Counted from the first letter of the stretch, positions 45,431 through 60,564 are shown. The stretch: DNA of 64,000 nucleotides from Eledone cirrhosa (GCA_964016885.1 OZ024753.1:11222001-11286000); one strand, 5' to 3'. Notes: generated from the sequence alone by a model not told the origin. A program made the numbers and translations.

Positions 45431-45652
45431 AGATAAATCTACCAAAATATACGGTAGTGTCCAATCCGCATGAAGAACTCAATGTAATCCAAATATCATG
45501 AAAAGAGATGTATTCAAAATTTTTCGATGAAAAACACAGGAAAACAGAATCAAGATAAATTAATAAAAATAATGAATAAAAACAAAGAAATAGTTCCTTA
45601 TATTAATAAATTCATCATTTTACGATGTATATATATATATATATACATATAT

Positions 45653-46187
45653 GGTGGCTGCCAACTCGTTTTCGAGTACGGCCACTACTTTATATCCATG
45701 TAGGAGAACCCCTACCGATGCGCTAAACAAGTGTGACTTTTAGTCCAGCCAGCGACTTGAAAACTCTGGTACAAACACTACACCTGTGACAATTATTGAC
45801 ACATAGTGTTGGGCCTTTGGTACCATGTGACGACAAGTGTAGAGAGATCTCCAGATATAAAGCAATGCCTGTGCCGTGAAGCTTTTATAGTGAGCAAAGG
45901 CACTGCACAAAGCCAGTCCCACTCTCTTAACCAAGATGATATTTACCAAAAAGAAGAATAAGTCAACATCATTGGATACCATCAGGGTTGCAGGTGTTAT
46001 ATCAGAGTTTTCCTTCTCTTAGAATTCTGCCTTGACAAAGGCTAAGGGGTCATCTCTCCCGGTGATTTTGGATGGCCATTGACTCTTAAGAGCTCCTTTG
46101 CCAGGTTTTGTTTTTAGTCCTGCAGGATGTCCAAAGTCACCCTCCTCACCAAGAAACCTTGGTGGGGTTGCCAGTTTAGTCGCCAAC
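45653..46187 (-). mobile_element. Second copy of the 33481-34088 repeat, in (TA)n
   Basis: Same 80-aa ORF with few substitutions; same terminal sequence. Confidence 0.6.
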
Positions 46188-46325
46188 GATATATATATAT
46201 ATACAGCCCGGCCCTCAAAGGCCACTGGTTCACTGCCCTTAAACACGCTGTAACTTCTCTCTCCCACCTGTAGCTGGACAGTCACTTTTAAAATTCACTT
46301 AGTGTTGTCTGAAATGTATAGCCTT

Positions 46326-46407
46326 ACACACGCTGAGGAACCGTGGTTATTTAATTTCTGTCAACAACTTACTGGCGAAACAGATCTCTTTGGATTTGTA
46401 CGTGTGT
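46326..46407 (+). ncRNA. Type I hammerhead ribozyme (family E)
   Basis: Stem I ACACACG/CGTGTGT. Core CTGAGGA. Imperfect stem II CCGTGG/TTACTGG. CGAAA. Stem III ACAGATCT/GGATTTGT. GUA cleavage predicted after 46400. Confidence 0.8.
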
Positions 46408-46666
46408 TATAATAGTTATAGAGGTATTTATTTACGCTTTAATTTATATTTTTAATTATCGGGTCTATAATCTGCCTTTCATAGGTTATAGATTCCATAC
46501 ACTGGTGGTTTTTTCCCTGTTTTATTGATAGCGAACTGTATATCTCTCTCCGGTGTGTTACCTTTTCAACATATTGTATATATACATATATACATATATA
46601 CATATATACATATATACATATATATATATACATACACATACATATACATATATATACATATATACA

Positions 46667-46762
<96 letters not shown>

Positions 46763-46978
46763 CATATATATATATATACATATATATACATATATATACA
46801 TATATATATATATACATATATATACATATATATATATATACATATATATATACATATATATACATATATATATATATACATATGTACATATACATATATA
46901 CAAATGTACATATATATACATATATACAAACGTACATATATATACATATATATACACACACACACACACATATATATA

Positions 46979-47068
<90 letters not shown>

Positions 47069-47074
<6 letters not shown>

Positions 47075-47881
47075 GAAACACACAGATACATGCGGACACA
47101 CACATATATACATGAATGCATCCGCACCCAACTGTGAGTTAAGGGTGTCAACTTCACCGATGTTGCTCAATGAATGACTGGGACAGACCAATTCAGTTTG
47201 AACTAGACTGAACCAGTATCAGAGTTAAAAATACATTATGAAGAGAGAAGAAACATTTAGATATAATTAGTAATAAAATGTATCATACCTAAACTGTTCC
47301 TAAATTCCTCGACTACGTAGTTTCGTGGCATAAAGAAAAACAATATATCAAAGATATAGAGTCCTTGCGAGGTCTGCCGACTTATCAAGAGGATACCTCA
47401 TTTTACTAGTCTCAAGAACGCGTCTACACGACGTGAGAAAGAATCCCAAAAGGCGGAGGGGGAGATAGTCACGCGATATAACGGTCGAGAAACAGAGCTA
47501 AGCCTCTTATAACCACGAAGAAAATACCACGGAGGCGGAGGGGGCATTCATATCGAGGCCGTAGAAGAGGTAGTGAAGAAGGCGAGAAGTATGAGTAATG
47601 GAAGCTTTCCAGTTGTCCCCACACCTCAAAGATTGCTCGACCAGAGGGAGTTATTAATATATTTAGAAACACACAGATACATGCGGACACACACATATAT
47701 ACATGAATGCATCCGCACCCAACTGTGAGTTAAGGGTGCCAACTTCACCGCAAGGACTCTATATCTTTGATATATTGTTTTTGTTTATGCCACGAAACTA
47801 CGTAGTCGAGGAATTTAGGAACAGTTTAGGTATGATACATTTTATTACTAATTATATCTAAATGTTTCTTCTCTCTTCATA

Positions 47882-47885
<4 letters not shown>
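47069..47885. mobile_element. Composite PLE-like remnant (family B) with direct and inverted partial repeats
   Basis: 47069-47159 is repeated at 47659-47750; 47232-47369 is inverted at 47749-47885; contains an HHR. Confidence 0.6.
47306..47393 (-). ncRNA. Type I hammerhead ribozyme, U3:A8 core, palindromic minimal stem III (family B)
   Basis: Minus strand reads TCCTC TTGATAA GT(C)GGCA...TGCCAC GAAA C-TACGTA-G TC GAGGA. Confidence 0.75.
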
Positions 47886-47939
<54 letters not shown>

Positions 47940-49026
47940 TGTGTGTGAGAGAGTGAGAGAAGGAGGGATGAAAGAAAATATACCCTCAAAGAAATCTGAA
48001 ATATTTACTCCGTTAAATTTGATCGACTATAACGCCTGAAAGCATCGCACAAGCCTGACAGCTGTCCAATAATTGAAACCCGCAAAGTACTATAAAAATA
48101 CAGGATAGGAAAGAGATGGGAAAAATCTTTGAGTCGATTCATGATCCCTAAAGTTTTTTCTACGTTTCAAATAACAGCATTGGAAAGTAATCTCAGAAGT
48201 ATCAATATCTCATGGAACCTTCTGAATATAACAAATAAGATGACTTAAAAATCTGTCCGTAGTCTTGAAGTCTTGAATATATCCGGAATATTATATATGG
48301 GAAGATCAGGTGTTGCTAACAACTGAGGAAACACGTATAGAATAGGAGCTGCTGAGAAAATATAGGGAAACAAAAAAAATCAATAAGATCAGAAAGGTTA
48401 CAAATCTTTTTAAAAAAGAACTTCAAAGCAATTTTTAGTTTCATCACATACCCACACTAACAAATACCAAATATTATAAACAAACAAACAAAAATATGCA
48501 GAAAAGGAAATCATATACTCGGAGATTATGTTCAAACTTGATATAAATCAAATATAGTCACACTTTGTCAATGGCGTAATTTATTATTCAGATCTAAAAT
48601 ACTTTTTACTATTCGTAGACAAAATAGAAATGTTTGAAACAATTTTGATTTATCAGAATGTGATGCCAAACCGGATTTCCTAGATTAGTCTACAAGCAAG
48701 GGATCGCGCTAATCTCCTACTCACAATCTACAACCAACAAATTGCCCAAGATAGGGAGTTGGTATATCTCGGTTACAAACTATCATCAAACCACAATGGA
48801 ATGTTGAACAGTGAGATGTTCTGATGAAGGGTGATACCCAGAAAGATTAGTGTCTGCAGTTCTGTTTATATGACAACACAAGAGCAAGAATGAAGGGTTC
48901 ATTCTACTGACATGGCTATAAAATTGAGGCTTGTTTGCATAATTGCAAACGAATTGAAAGTTATCATTAATATTCGAAAAACTCAGATTACATGTAGAGC
49001 GAAAATTTATATATATCTATATATAT

Positions 49027-49100
49027 CTAGGGTGGTAAAATTCCCGAGATCCATGGACGAGTTCTCTCAAGCGTTCCCTATCCCTCATCATCGCTGCCAT
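49027..49100 (-). mobile_element. Short third copy of the RTE/RTE-X-like 3' end
   Basis: Reverse complement matches 37811-37885. Confidence 0.7.
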
Positions 49101-49235
49101 ATATATATATATATATATAAAATCAACACATTAAACAATTTCAGGGGATAATTTGTAAAGAGTGTAAACACACATAGTTACGGAGGTAACATATTAAAAT
49201 TTAACGAGAACCACAAATATTGGTGCAATAATGAT

Positions 49236-49344
<109 letters not shown>

Positions 49345-49532
49345 CGTTATTCCGGGTTGAATCGGAGGTAACCACAGTAAGTAAGGTACTCAGCACAAAG
49401 CAGAGTATAAAAGTTTTAATATAGATGACATTCTACAGGACTAGAACTGTTTCATTCTTTTGAAATCATTAGGAGTCATTGATTCAATGATATATATATA
49501 TATATATATATATGCATATATATATATATATT

Positions 49533-49642
<110 letters not shown>

Positions 49643-49680
49643 TATATATATATATATATATGCATATATATATATATATA

Positions 49681-49724
<44 letters not shown>

Positions 49725-49740
49725 TATATATATATATATA

Positions 49741-49816
<76 letters not shown>

Positions 49817-50052
49817 TATATATATACACTCTCCCTTTGCTTTTGTCGAAAACCAGTAAGTGACATAGTCACTACTTTGAAACTCATATCGAAATGTCTT
49901 CTAAATGTTTTAAATTAAACATACAGTATATTGCCAAATATAATATACATACACTCATGTATACATCGCTATTTCAGAGCACCAATACTAACACACACAC
50001 ATATATATGTATATATAAATGTATACACACACACACCCATATATATATATAT

Positions 50053-50331
50053 ATATTGGTAAACGGAATAGAAAATGCTGACAAATTGTTCACAATTGAA
50101 AAATGGTTTAATTAGGAATAAAAGAGTATTAGTGATTGTATGGGTTAGTATTCAGTTGTGGTTTTAAGTTTTTAAGTTTTTACCGGTTGCGCATTTCTAA
50201 ATGCTTTTCAAAAATAATTTTGAGATAGAGTGTCCGTGCTGTTTGCTCTGATCTAATACTCTTTTATTCCTAATTAAACCATTTTTCAACTGTGAACAAT
50301 TTGTCAGCATTTTCTATTCCGTTTACCAATA
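50053..50331. mobile_element. Fold-back remnant with arms of about 80 bp and a family H HHR-like motif in the spacer
   Basis: 50053-50131 is the near-perfect reverse complement of 50252-50331; TA flanks. Confidence 0.55.
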
Positions 50332-50364
50332 TATAATAACTTGTGTGTTACACCTCTATTCTTT

Positions 50365-50407
<43 letters not shown>

Positions 50408-50644
50408 ATTAAGTCAAATATCTCAAATTTGGCTTCGTTTATTATAAATTATAGATATACTGATATATATATTTCGGTGACAGCCATCATTGGCTGTGAC
50501 CTGATATGATTCCAGTTCCTCAGAAGAATAACAACACAACCAGGAGCTGGACATATCGATGTATTGACGGAGTAAACACACTTCAACAACATGTGTACCT
50601 GTCTTTCCCACACCAATTCGGACTGCTTGAAGAGATCACAGCCA

Positions 50645-50727
<83 letters not shown>

Positions 50728-50877
50728 GTGTGTGTGTATATACATTTATATATACATATAATTATTTTACACTACGCCGGAGTAAACAAACCAACCTGCA
50801 TACTTTGTTGAGTGCTCCAATTTGCATACTGAGGTGTCGGTAAACAACCAACATATACTCAATATATTTATATATAC

Positions 50878-50909
<32 letters not shown>

Positions 50910-51817
50910 TCAGTTGTTAGAATACTACCGTTTGGCACACGCATTTTCGTCTTTCAGGTGTATAACCGAAGGATTCTACTCTATTTCTTATTTCCTTATA
51001 AAGATGCCATATCTCACTTTTTTAGCAGATGTCTTTATTATTTCTGTTATCATTAACACCATCAGAAAATCTTGTAAAGGAGATAAACACGAATACTTAT
51101 GAGATACATTCATGGCAAAGCCTGTTGCATGAATAAAAAAAATAATTCTTTCAAAATAATCTATATATCTAATATTACATTGACTTGAAATGTGGTTTGG
51201 AGAAAAGCTTTATACTTGTCCCACGGCAAAGAAAGATCTAAACCAATAGAAAAAAAAACAAACAATAAATATTGGGATAATTCTATATATTATTCTGAGT
51301 ACATTGACGTCACATATTAATATATTAATTCTATTGCGGGAGATCGAAAGTATATCATATATACCATCTGTAAATCACAATTGAAGGTAATTATATAATG
51401 ATAATTAAGAAAAAAAGAATTCAGAATTTCAATAATATTCAGTGAAACTACTAAATCAGCCATATTAGAAAAGAAATATATGAAGACTTTGAAAAATATA
51501 TTCAGATCGTTATTACTTTATCTTCATCAAAATGTCTGACTGAAAAGACACGTGCTTTTTCTTTAAAATATTTTCTTTTCTGTTTTACTGTTCTCATTAT
51601 TCTCTAACTTTCTAGTTCATCTTTTATTTCTAATTCTATCTTCTGATGAAGGACTAGCACCCGAAACGCTAAAACTCTTTTTCTCTTAGCTTAATATATT
51701 ATCTGCATCGTATTGTATAGTTTGTTGTGTTGTTTTCCGTTTAATTTTCGCATATCTATACGTGGGTGTGCGCGAAATATATGTGTATATATAATAGATA
51801 GATATATATAATATATA

Positions 51818-52175
51818 CAGTGGCGAAGGGTAACCTGGAAAGCAAGACATGCAGTCCAATCGCCATGGCGGAAAGTGGGGCTGTGTAGCCTCCTCCCCTC
51901 CCTCTAAATGACCCTCCCAGTCAAAGCCACATGTAGTGTTATCTAGTGTGTGTTATCTTTTTATATGTCTACGACGTTGTCATGTGTTTGTGTGTATGTG
52001 TGTGTGTTGTGTTGTGTTGTGTGTGTATGTGTGTGTGTGTGTGTGTGTATGTGTGTGTGTGTGTTATCTTTTTATGTGTCTACGATTTTGCAAGCAGCCA
52101 AAATACTGCTCGCTTCAACCGACGCAATTGATAAACTCAAGATTCTATAACGCATGCACGCACCCATCGCACCTG
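51818..52175. mobile_element. Second copy of the 14570 MITE
   Basis: Same termini and body with fewer internal repeats. Confidence 0.8.
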
Positions 52176-52253
<78 letters not shown>

Positions 52254-53357
52254 CTTTGTGTGTGTATACATGTGGGTGTTTACGTGTATGTATACTTATT
52301 TGTGTGCGTGTGGTGCGTTAGAAATAGAGAGCGCGAGAGTGAGAGAGATAGAGTTGGATATTAATGGAAAGTTTCCAATATAAAATGACGAGAATCGATT
52401 TCATTAAAATCATGTTCAATACACGAGGAAATCCAAACACTGAAAAAAAAACCCAGTTCTCTGAGATGTTTGTTTAAAAAGAGATGAATGATGTAGTCTA
52501 TTTTGTAGTATTAGGGTTTAATCAAACTGTCAGAACCAGAATGCATTGGAACAATAACCACACGTAAAAAAATGCCGCAACAAAACTGCAATAGTTATAC
52601 AGGGAGATGTAAATTTCAATAACAAAAGTCATATAGGAACAAATATCAAGTCTTTGCACCTCATCCATCTTGTTCATTTATATTCGCTGAATCTAATTAT
52701 TATAGTTACATGTCTTTACGTCATTATTACACGAGAAAATAAAATCTAAAGCCCTTACTCTTAGCGAGAGCTTTCAATTGGAATCCATCATATTCCACGT
52801 TAGTTATTTTTAAAGCAACAACATTTTGTTTAGCATACAAAACCCAAATTGAATTGAATATGATGTAAATTTTGTTAACATCTTAATTTAAATGTCAATG
52901 TATGCTGTGTTCATGAAGCTTCGTAAAACATGACTGTCTTTTCAATATGAGTAATTCACACACATACAAATAGAATGTTTTCCCAACCCCTTTGGTGTCA
53001 CCTGCAGTTTTCTATATAGGAATAATCTTTTTCGCCTCAATAATCCAGTTACTCTTTTACTGTAAACGAAAGTCTAGATTTGCTGCAGGGATAGAAGTAA
53101 TCTTTGGAAATGCTTTCGGCAAATTTCTTTAAACCCCTTTTTTGTGTTGAACGAGAAATTCACAATAAGAAACTGACATATCATTGCATGGAAATAGCAT
53201 TAATACTAAACCTTCCAGGAAGCCGCTATAAAATCTCTCTAGCTGCGAGAAATAGCAATTTACTTACACTCAAATTACATTCATCCGTCAAAGATACTTA
53301 ATAACGAGCATAATCATAGTGTATCTAAGACTTCATTAACCTATGTATGCAAAATGT

Positions 53358-53619
53358 TACTTTAGGTACAAGGCCAGCAATTACCCAGTGCATTACTGGT
53401 ACTTTATTTTATCGACCCCGTAAGGATGAAAGGCAAAGTCAACCTCGGCGGGATTTGAACTCAGATCATAAAGGGACGTAACTATTCTGGAAAGCATGGT
53501 CTGAGTTCAAATGCCGCCAAGGTTAACTTTCCCTTTCATCCTTACGGGGTCGATAAAATAAAGTACCAGTAATGTACTGGGTATTTGCTGGCCTTGTGCC
53601 AAAAGTAGAAACAATTATT
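53358..53619. mobile_element. Two 5'-truncated Meta-type SINEs fused head-to-head
   Basis: Minus copy 53358-53500 joined to plus copy 53499-53619. Confidence 0.8.
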
Positions 53620-53819
53620 TATGACATGTAACCAAGGATATCTTGGTCATAGGTTATATGTCTATGTTAGATTATGTTCACAGAGATACACTGTTAAACC
53701 GATGGTATGGTCACGGCTGGCAATATGGTAATATGTTTGGATTAAGACTAACGTGAAAATTACGATAAAGCTATCAATAAATTCGATAAAGTTATATTTG
53801 TTGACAACCTAAACATATC

Positions 53820-54180
53820 TGATCCTGTCAAGACAGTTGATGCTTAGGAGAGTTAAATCTGTATTAGATGTTATTCAATGCCTTTGATCTGTCTTCTAAC
53901 TGTATCCAGTGATCACTAACACGTGAACGAAAGGTATGTCGGAACGAACACGTTGTGGACTTTGATCTTCTGGGGTTATTTAATGTATCCATGGTTCCCC
54001 GCACACGAAACAGTTACTCCAATAACCCTCTCCATATTCTTATTGTTAACAGATACGTCAATATATTGTTTGAAGTCAACAACTCTCAGATTGTTGATGT
54101 CCATGGGTATTCTAAGAAGAGATGTCCTGAATTCCTGTATTGACTGCTTGAGAACCTGACTTCTGGAGGCTAATGGTAAC
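53820..54180 (-). mobile_element. Degraded CR1-like LINE 3' end
   Basis: Relics resembling QRRATKLIPG...TRGHxxK...FSxRVxxxW (GNHGYIK; FRSRVSDHW). Confidence 0.4.
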
Positions 54181-54305
54181 ACGTAAAAAAAAACTTGAAG
54201 ATTCGAATACTTTATCGATAATACTTAGGTGCTATAATGTAGAACACTATAAGTTGAAGACGCAATTCATGGCAAAGAAAGATATCATAGCCAGATCTAC
54301 TAAAT

Positions 54306-54790
54306 CAGGGGTGTTCGACATATTCCATTGGCGGGCCTCTTTTGAACACTGGAACAATTATTAGGGCCAGTCACTGTAAAAAAAATATGTCATCTAATGA
54401 AAACCACAACTTTTTCCATAACATGTAACTGGGAAATTATAACACACATAACCCTATCAGTGAAGCCCTTTAGTATAGGCCAAAACTACAACTTCTTTCC
54501 ATAACATGGAACTGGGAAATTATAACACACATAACCCTATCAGTGAAGCCCTTTAGTATAGGCCAAAACTACAACTTCTTTCCATAACATGGAACTGGGA
54601 AATTATAACACACATAACCCTATCTGTGAAGCCCTTTAGTATAGGTCAAATAACAAAAAATTGTATTACGGTTACAAAATAAATTATAAATAAGCCTACA
54701 AGGTAAACATTAAACATGGTAATCGCGGGCCACTCTGACTGGACTGGTTGGCCGCATTGTGGCCCGCGGGCCGCCTGTTGCACGCCCCTG
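54306..54790. mobile_element. hAT/Charlie-type MITE with an internal repeat of about 81 bp x3
   Basis: TIR CAGGGGTG/CGCCCCTG; TSD TACTAAAT/TACTAAAG. Confidence 0.75.
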
Positions 54791-55501
54791 TACTAAAGGA
54801 AGGTGTTTAAGCCTGGCGTAAATAGAGTTAATATTGAGTGAAATGGAAGATATTTAGTAAGGGAGGTTTCTTGCTCTATTTTTTAATTCATATGTATCAC
54901 ATTCGCAACAACGCAGCACGCCATTTTTCATTCCTATATTTTTTCCCCTCGCTGTGACCTGTCTTTTCCTATTCCCTTACTGATATCCTCTTTCTATTTC
55001 CCCCTTCTTTCTCCTTGTACCTCTTACTTTCATTCACCTCCTCTTCTGGTCACCCTCTCTCGGCTGGCCAATTCCTCACACTTTCACTCACTCACTCACT
55101 CTCTGCTACTCCCCTCTCTCCCTTCCTCCCGTCTAACCTGTGTGAAATGATTTTCTCGCTTACATTTCTCAGGGTTCGGACGCGTCCTTCGTCTTCTCGT
55201 CAATGATATATATGCTAGAACTTAAGTTCACATGTATCACTGACTTGTTTTCTCATTTCTCACTCTTTACGTTGCCTTACCATTTTGTTTGTTTACATGT
55301 CTCTCTTTCTCCACCCAATTCTTTTTATCCCAATAACTTATTTTAGTTATTGTCGCGTTGGCTTGAGGTATCTGGTCTTTAATGCGAAGAAATACTGATG
55401 ATGGCCAGAAGATCACTGATGACGGATAGTCCTGGTTTCTTGCTCTATTTTCTTTTCATTCATATGTATCACATTTGCAACAACGCAGCACGACATTTTT
55501 C

Positions 55502-55558
<57 letters not shown>

Positions 55559-56113
55559 CAACCATGCTCACACAATATATGATATTTTAGTATATGATAT
55601 GGGGTCAAATTAGAACTTGTTTAAGTCAAATGTTTCTATGTTATATGTCAACCTGTCATTTCAAAACCTCGTATTCGTATCAGCTCCACAAATTTCCTGT
55701 AATGCGATACACTGCTCTACAGTTATTCATGAATTGTCAGTGGTTTCGTGGGTGTACTTGTTGATGATGTTAGAATTGTTATGACAATTATTATTTTTTA
55801 ATAAGGACGGTGGATTGGCAGTATCAGTAGATTGTCGGCCGCCATGCTTTGCAGCATAGAGTTACGGCCTTTTAAGGTCCGAGTTCAAATCCTGCCGAGG
55901 TTAAATTTGCCTTTCATCCTTACGGGGTCGATAAAATAAAGTACCAGTCACGCACTGGTGTCAATTTAAACGACTTCCCCCTCCCCCAAAATTGCTGGCC
56001 TTGTACCTATATAAGAAACCATTATTTTTCATGTTGCTTGTTTGCTAGCTAGGACACAGTAGGCCTATGATCAAATACGTTTTAATCAGACCTCTTTGGT
56101 CAAGACTTTAAAT

Positions 56114-56558
56114 CAGCGGTCGCCAACCTGTGGTCCGTGGACCACTGGTGGTCTGAAAGAAAATCTTGGTGGTCCGTAGAAAAATTTGGACATTATTTGC
56201 AATATTTATGTTTTATTAATAAAACAAAAACAATATTCAGGTAAAATATATTTTATAACACCCCTTAAAAATGTTTTAATAGGTTCATTTCATATAATAG
56301 AAGTTCTCTGATCATTATTTTACAAGGTTGACTTTGCCTTTCATCCTTACAAGGGTCGATAAAATAAAGTACCAGTAATGCACTGGGTAATTGCTAGCCT
56401 TGTGCCAAAAAGTAGAAACAATTATTCTACAAATATATTTATCGTTTTTTAAAAATCGTATTAGTGGTCCGGGGGATTTAACATTAGGAATTCTGTGGTG
56501 GGGGATTTAACATTAGGAATTCTGTGGTCCGTGAGGTCCGAAAAGTTGGCGACCACCT
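56114..56558. mobile_element. hAT/Charlie-type MITE with a nested SINE fragment (56325-56425)
   Basis: TIR CAGCGGTCGCCAAC/GTTGGCGACCAC; GTGGTCC subterminal repeats. Confidence 0.7.
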
Positions 56559-57706
56559 TTTTAGATAGTTTGTATTATTACAAAATTTTACATAATTTAA
56601 AAATTACATAATTTAAAATGCTTCATCAGTTTAAAGACTTAAGGATATTGTTTAAGGGAGATTGCTCACTATTTCTAGCAGTGTCCTAGGCACAATAAAG
56701 CCACACATTAGACTGTGTTGTTATTAGCAGCGTATTATTTATTGATGTTCCTGATTTTGTATTCTGGATGCAATAAGCCTGAGAGGATATGTTGTATAAT
56801 TATTAACATTGTCGCTCAATTTATTGGAATTAGATTCAAATTCCTTCAAATCTTCACATATCTTAGAGCTCTGTTTAATCAGAATCTATATGAATCTAAC
56901 CAATAACTATTTTCCATGCAAAGAGGTTTTACGTTTTATGTTTCTAATCACAGAATATCCACGTGTATGTGTATATGAAGGTATTTCTGTCTTAAATGTA
57001 TATACATAAGTATATACATATGTACATACATGTAGCATGTAAGAACTACAGGTATTCAGCATAAACTTATTGCAAATATATGACAATTTTACACAAGCAT
57101 CGCATGTAAATGCATGAAAACAACAGTAATTGACAGCAGGTATATTTTTTTTTCTACGTGATCATTTAGGGATTACTACGATAAGCAGAAATCTGTGAAA
57201 TATTAATCACATACGGTGAGATATTAGATTTTTGAAATTAATGAACGATGGTTAGGATTTATTTGGCTGTATGATATATTCCTTTGCATCGCTAAACTTT
57301 CAGAAATAAATAAAATAGGATTTTATATTTAGCTGATCCAGAATTTTTGTGTTAGAAATATTGAATATTAAAAACAAAAATGACATGGGATTTTAAAGGG
57401 ATGGTTTCGCATTTTAAACACAAGGTTACATATTTGGGGGAAACAGTACAATCGATTGAATCTTGTTTAATACATCACTCCAGACGAATGAAGACTAAAG
57501 CAGGCATGTCATGTATGGTGAAGAAATTCGTTCCACAAACATGTACTTCCGGGCCCAAACGGAACGCCATGTTAGTTGAGTATCTTCTCTTAAGCAGTAG
57601 TTTCGGGAAGGAGACGGGGTTGACTCGGGTATCATCCGAATGGAATTTCGAAGACGGAAATTATTCGAGATCCTATCGTATACACACACACAGAGAACGG
57701 GAGAGA

Positions 57707-57742
<36 letters not shown>

Positions 57743-57779
57743 ACTATAAATTGATTGACATATATATATATTTTAAGGA

Positions 57780-57991
57780 ACGATCGACTTTCGTCAAATT
57801 GGACCGAGGGAACAATGTTTCCGTTGGTCTTTCCAATTGCTAATACTATCTATCGGTCGCAACTCCAGGTAGAAGGAGCAACGTGAAATAAAGGGTCTTG
57901 CTCAAGGACATAACGCATCGCCTGGTCCAGGAATCGAACTCACAATCTTACGATTGCGAATCCAATTCTCTAACCACTCAGCCACACGCCT
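57780..57991 (-). mobile_element. CORE-type SINE, second family; also 21493-21680 (-), 21905-22013 (-), 25236-25457 (-), 29854-30066 (+)
   Basis: A/B boxes, GTCCTTGAGCAAGACACTT core, shared tail ...GACGAAAGTCGATCG. Confidence 0.8.
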
Positions 57992-58108
57992 ATATATATA
58001 TATCTAAAATAAACATATGAAACAATCACAGGGAATAATATTCTACAGTTGATATGGCGCATGTCTCTCGGACATGACACCCTTAATTTAATTTTGGATA
58101 TATATATA

Positions 58109-58281
<173 letters not shown>

Positions 58282-58461
58282 TCTCTCCCCGTTTTCAGTA
58301 TATAATTGTTTTCACCGCTCCAAATAATGATGTATTATCTTCGTTTTTGTCCGTTCTTTGCCAGAGAAAGTTTCCACGAACCAAAGTATCGTCTTCCTGT
58401 CTTCCTTCGGTTGCAACGTTTTTTGAAATATTTACTTCTGCGATCACAAATTGACACTTTT

Positions 58462-58512
58462 AGTTTCAGAAGATCCCGTTAAGGGTGAAAGCAGCGATTC
58501 TTTGCTTAAACT
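58462..58512 (+). ncRNA. Hammerhead-like motif with CAGAAGA (U4A) core (family C)
   Basis: AGTTT CAGAAGA tCCC-gttaa-GGGt GAAA GCA/TGC TT AAACT. Same motif at 24735-24785 (-), 24529-24576 (+), and split at 41249-41311. Confidence 0.55.
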
Positions 58513-58572
58513 TTAATCTGTTATTTTAATAAATATTTGCTCTACGGTTCTTATATATTTGATATATATATA

Positions 58573-58968
<396 letters not shown>

Positions 58969-59163
58969 CAAATTATAAAGTAAGAATAAGTAATAGACAC
59001 AGATATATACCTATTTTTTCCTCAATGTCCCGACTGTACAGTTTCGCTGGTCAGTATGCAACAATTTTACATATATATATAAGGTAAACAGAAATAACAA
59101 CACAATCGGTACAGTATATGGAAGGAATATATTAGGTTAACGCTTGATATAGCAGGAAGAAGG

Positions 59164-59199
59164 TCTTAACGTTTCGGACGTTGGTCCTTCGCCAGAAGA
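59164..59199 (-). ncRNA. Minimal PLE-type hammerhead, degenerate core (family D)
   Basis: TCTT CTGGCGA a GGAC-caac-GTCC GAAA CG TT AAGA. Relatives at 11517-11553 (+), 38267-38302 (-) and 51639-51674 (+, CTGATGA intact). Confidence 0.5.
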
Positions 59200-59288
59200 A
59201 AGAATGAGAAATTAGAAAGATTGAAGGGACGGGCGGGTTGGAATTGGAAAAAAAGTTTTTATAAATATATGCGTCCGTGTATATATAT

Positions 59289-59336
<48 letters not shown>

Positions 59337-59454
59337 AGTGCTGATGTTTATCAGCATGGCAGCCATGGTCAAAGTGTCTCATATTCCAGAAAATGTCTGC
59401 CAAATATTTTATTGGAACATTTTTTTATGTCTTACAGACCAAAGCGAATAAAAT

Positions 59455-59930
59455 GGAGGAAAGCAGATCATACACTGAAAAGTAGGAATGGAGATGATAC
59501 ATTAAAACGGTGGAACGAAAAATATACAATAAAAGGAGGAATGGAGATGATACAATTAAAAGGAGGAATGGAGATGATACAATACAGAGAGGAACGAAGA
59601 AGATACAATAAAAAATTATGAACGAAGAAGATACAATAAAAATTATGAACGAAGAAGATACAATAAAAATGAGGAACGAAGATGATACAAGGAAATGGAG
59701 GAACGAAACGATACATTGAAAATAAGGAATGGAGATGATACAATAAAGAGGGGAACGAAGAAGATACAATGAACATTAGGAATAGAGATCATACAATTAA
59801 AAGGAAGAACGAAGAACGTACAATGAAAATTAGGAACGAAAAAGATACAATGAAAATAGGAACGAAGAAGATAATAAAATGTAGGAATGGAGATCATACA
59901 ATGAAAGCTAAGAACAAAGACGATACAACG
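59455..59930. repeat. Degenerate purine-rich minisatellite of about 25 bp
   Basis: Variants of GGAACGAAGAAGATACAATAAAA and GGAATGGAGATGATACAAT. Confidence 0.85.
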
Positions 59931-59972
59931 ACCTTGGAAACATGTGACACATTCATTATTTTACTACTTTTA

Positions 59973-60564
59973 AGGGCGGTGGATTGGCAGTGTCGGTAGA
60001 GGGTGGGACACCATGCTTTGATGCATAGAGTTACGGCCCTTGCCATTCTGAGTTCAAATCCCGCCGAGGTTAACTTTGCCTTTCATCCTTACGGAGTCGA
60101 TAAAATAAAGTACCAGTAATACACTGGGTGATTGCTAGCCTTGTGAAAAAAGTAGAAACAATTATTTTACTACTTTTAAGGGCGGTGAATTGGCAGTATC
60201 GGTAGAGGGTCGGACACCATGCTTTGACGCATAGAGTTACGGCCCTTGCCATTGTGAGTTCAAATCCCGCCGAGGTTAACTTTGCCTTTCATCCTTACGG
60301 GGTCGATAAAATAAAGTACCAGTAATGTACTGGTTAATTGCTGGCCTTGTGCCAAAAGTAGAAACAATTATTATTGGCGGTGAATTGGCAGTATCGGTAG
60401 AGGGTCGGACGCCATACTTTCCAGCATAGTTACGTCCCTTTACGGTCTGAGTTCAAATCCCGTCGAGGTAAACTTTGCCTTTCATCCTTACGGGGTCGAT
60501 AAAATAAAGTACCAGTAATTCACTGGATAATTGCTGGCCTTGTGCCAATAGTAGAAACAATTAT
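59973..60564 (+). mobile_element. Three head-to-tail Meta-type SINEs
   Basis: Copies start near 59973, 60180 and 60376. Confidence 0.9.

Noticed and set aside
57400-57680. 124-aa ORF or possible Helitron helicase relic on the minus strand
   Set aside because: Only a vague resemblance (KFHSDDTRVNPVSF); diagnostic motifs such as TINKSQG are absent.
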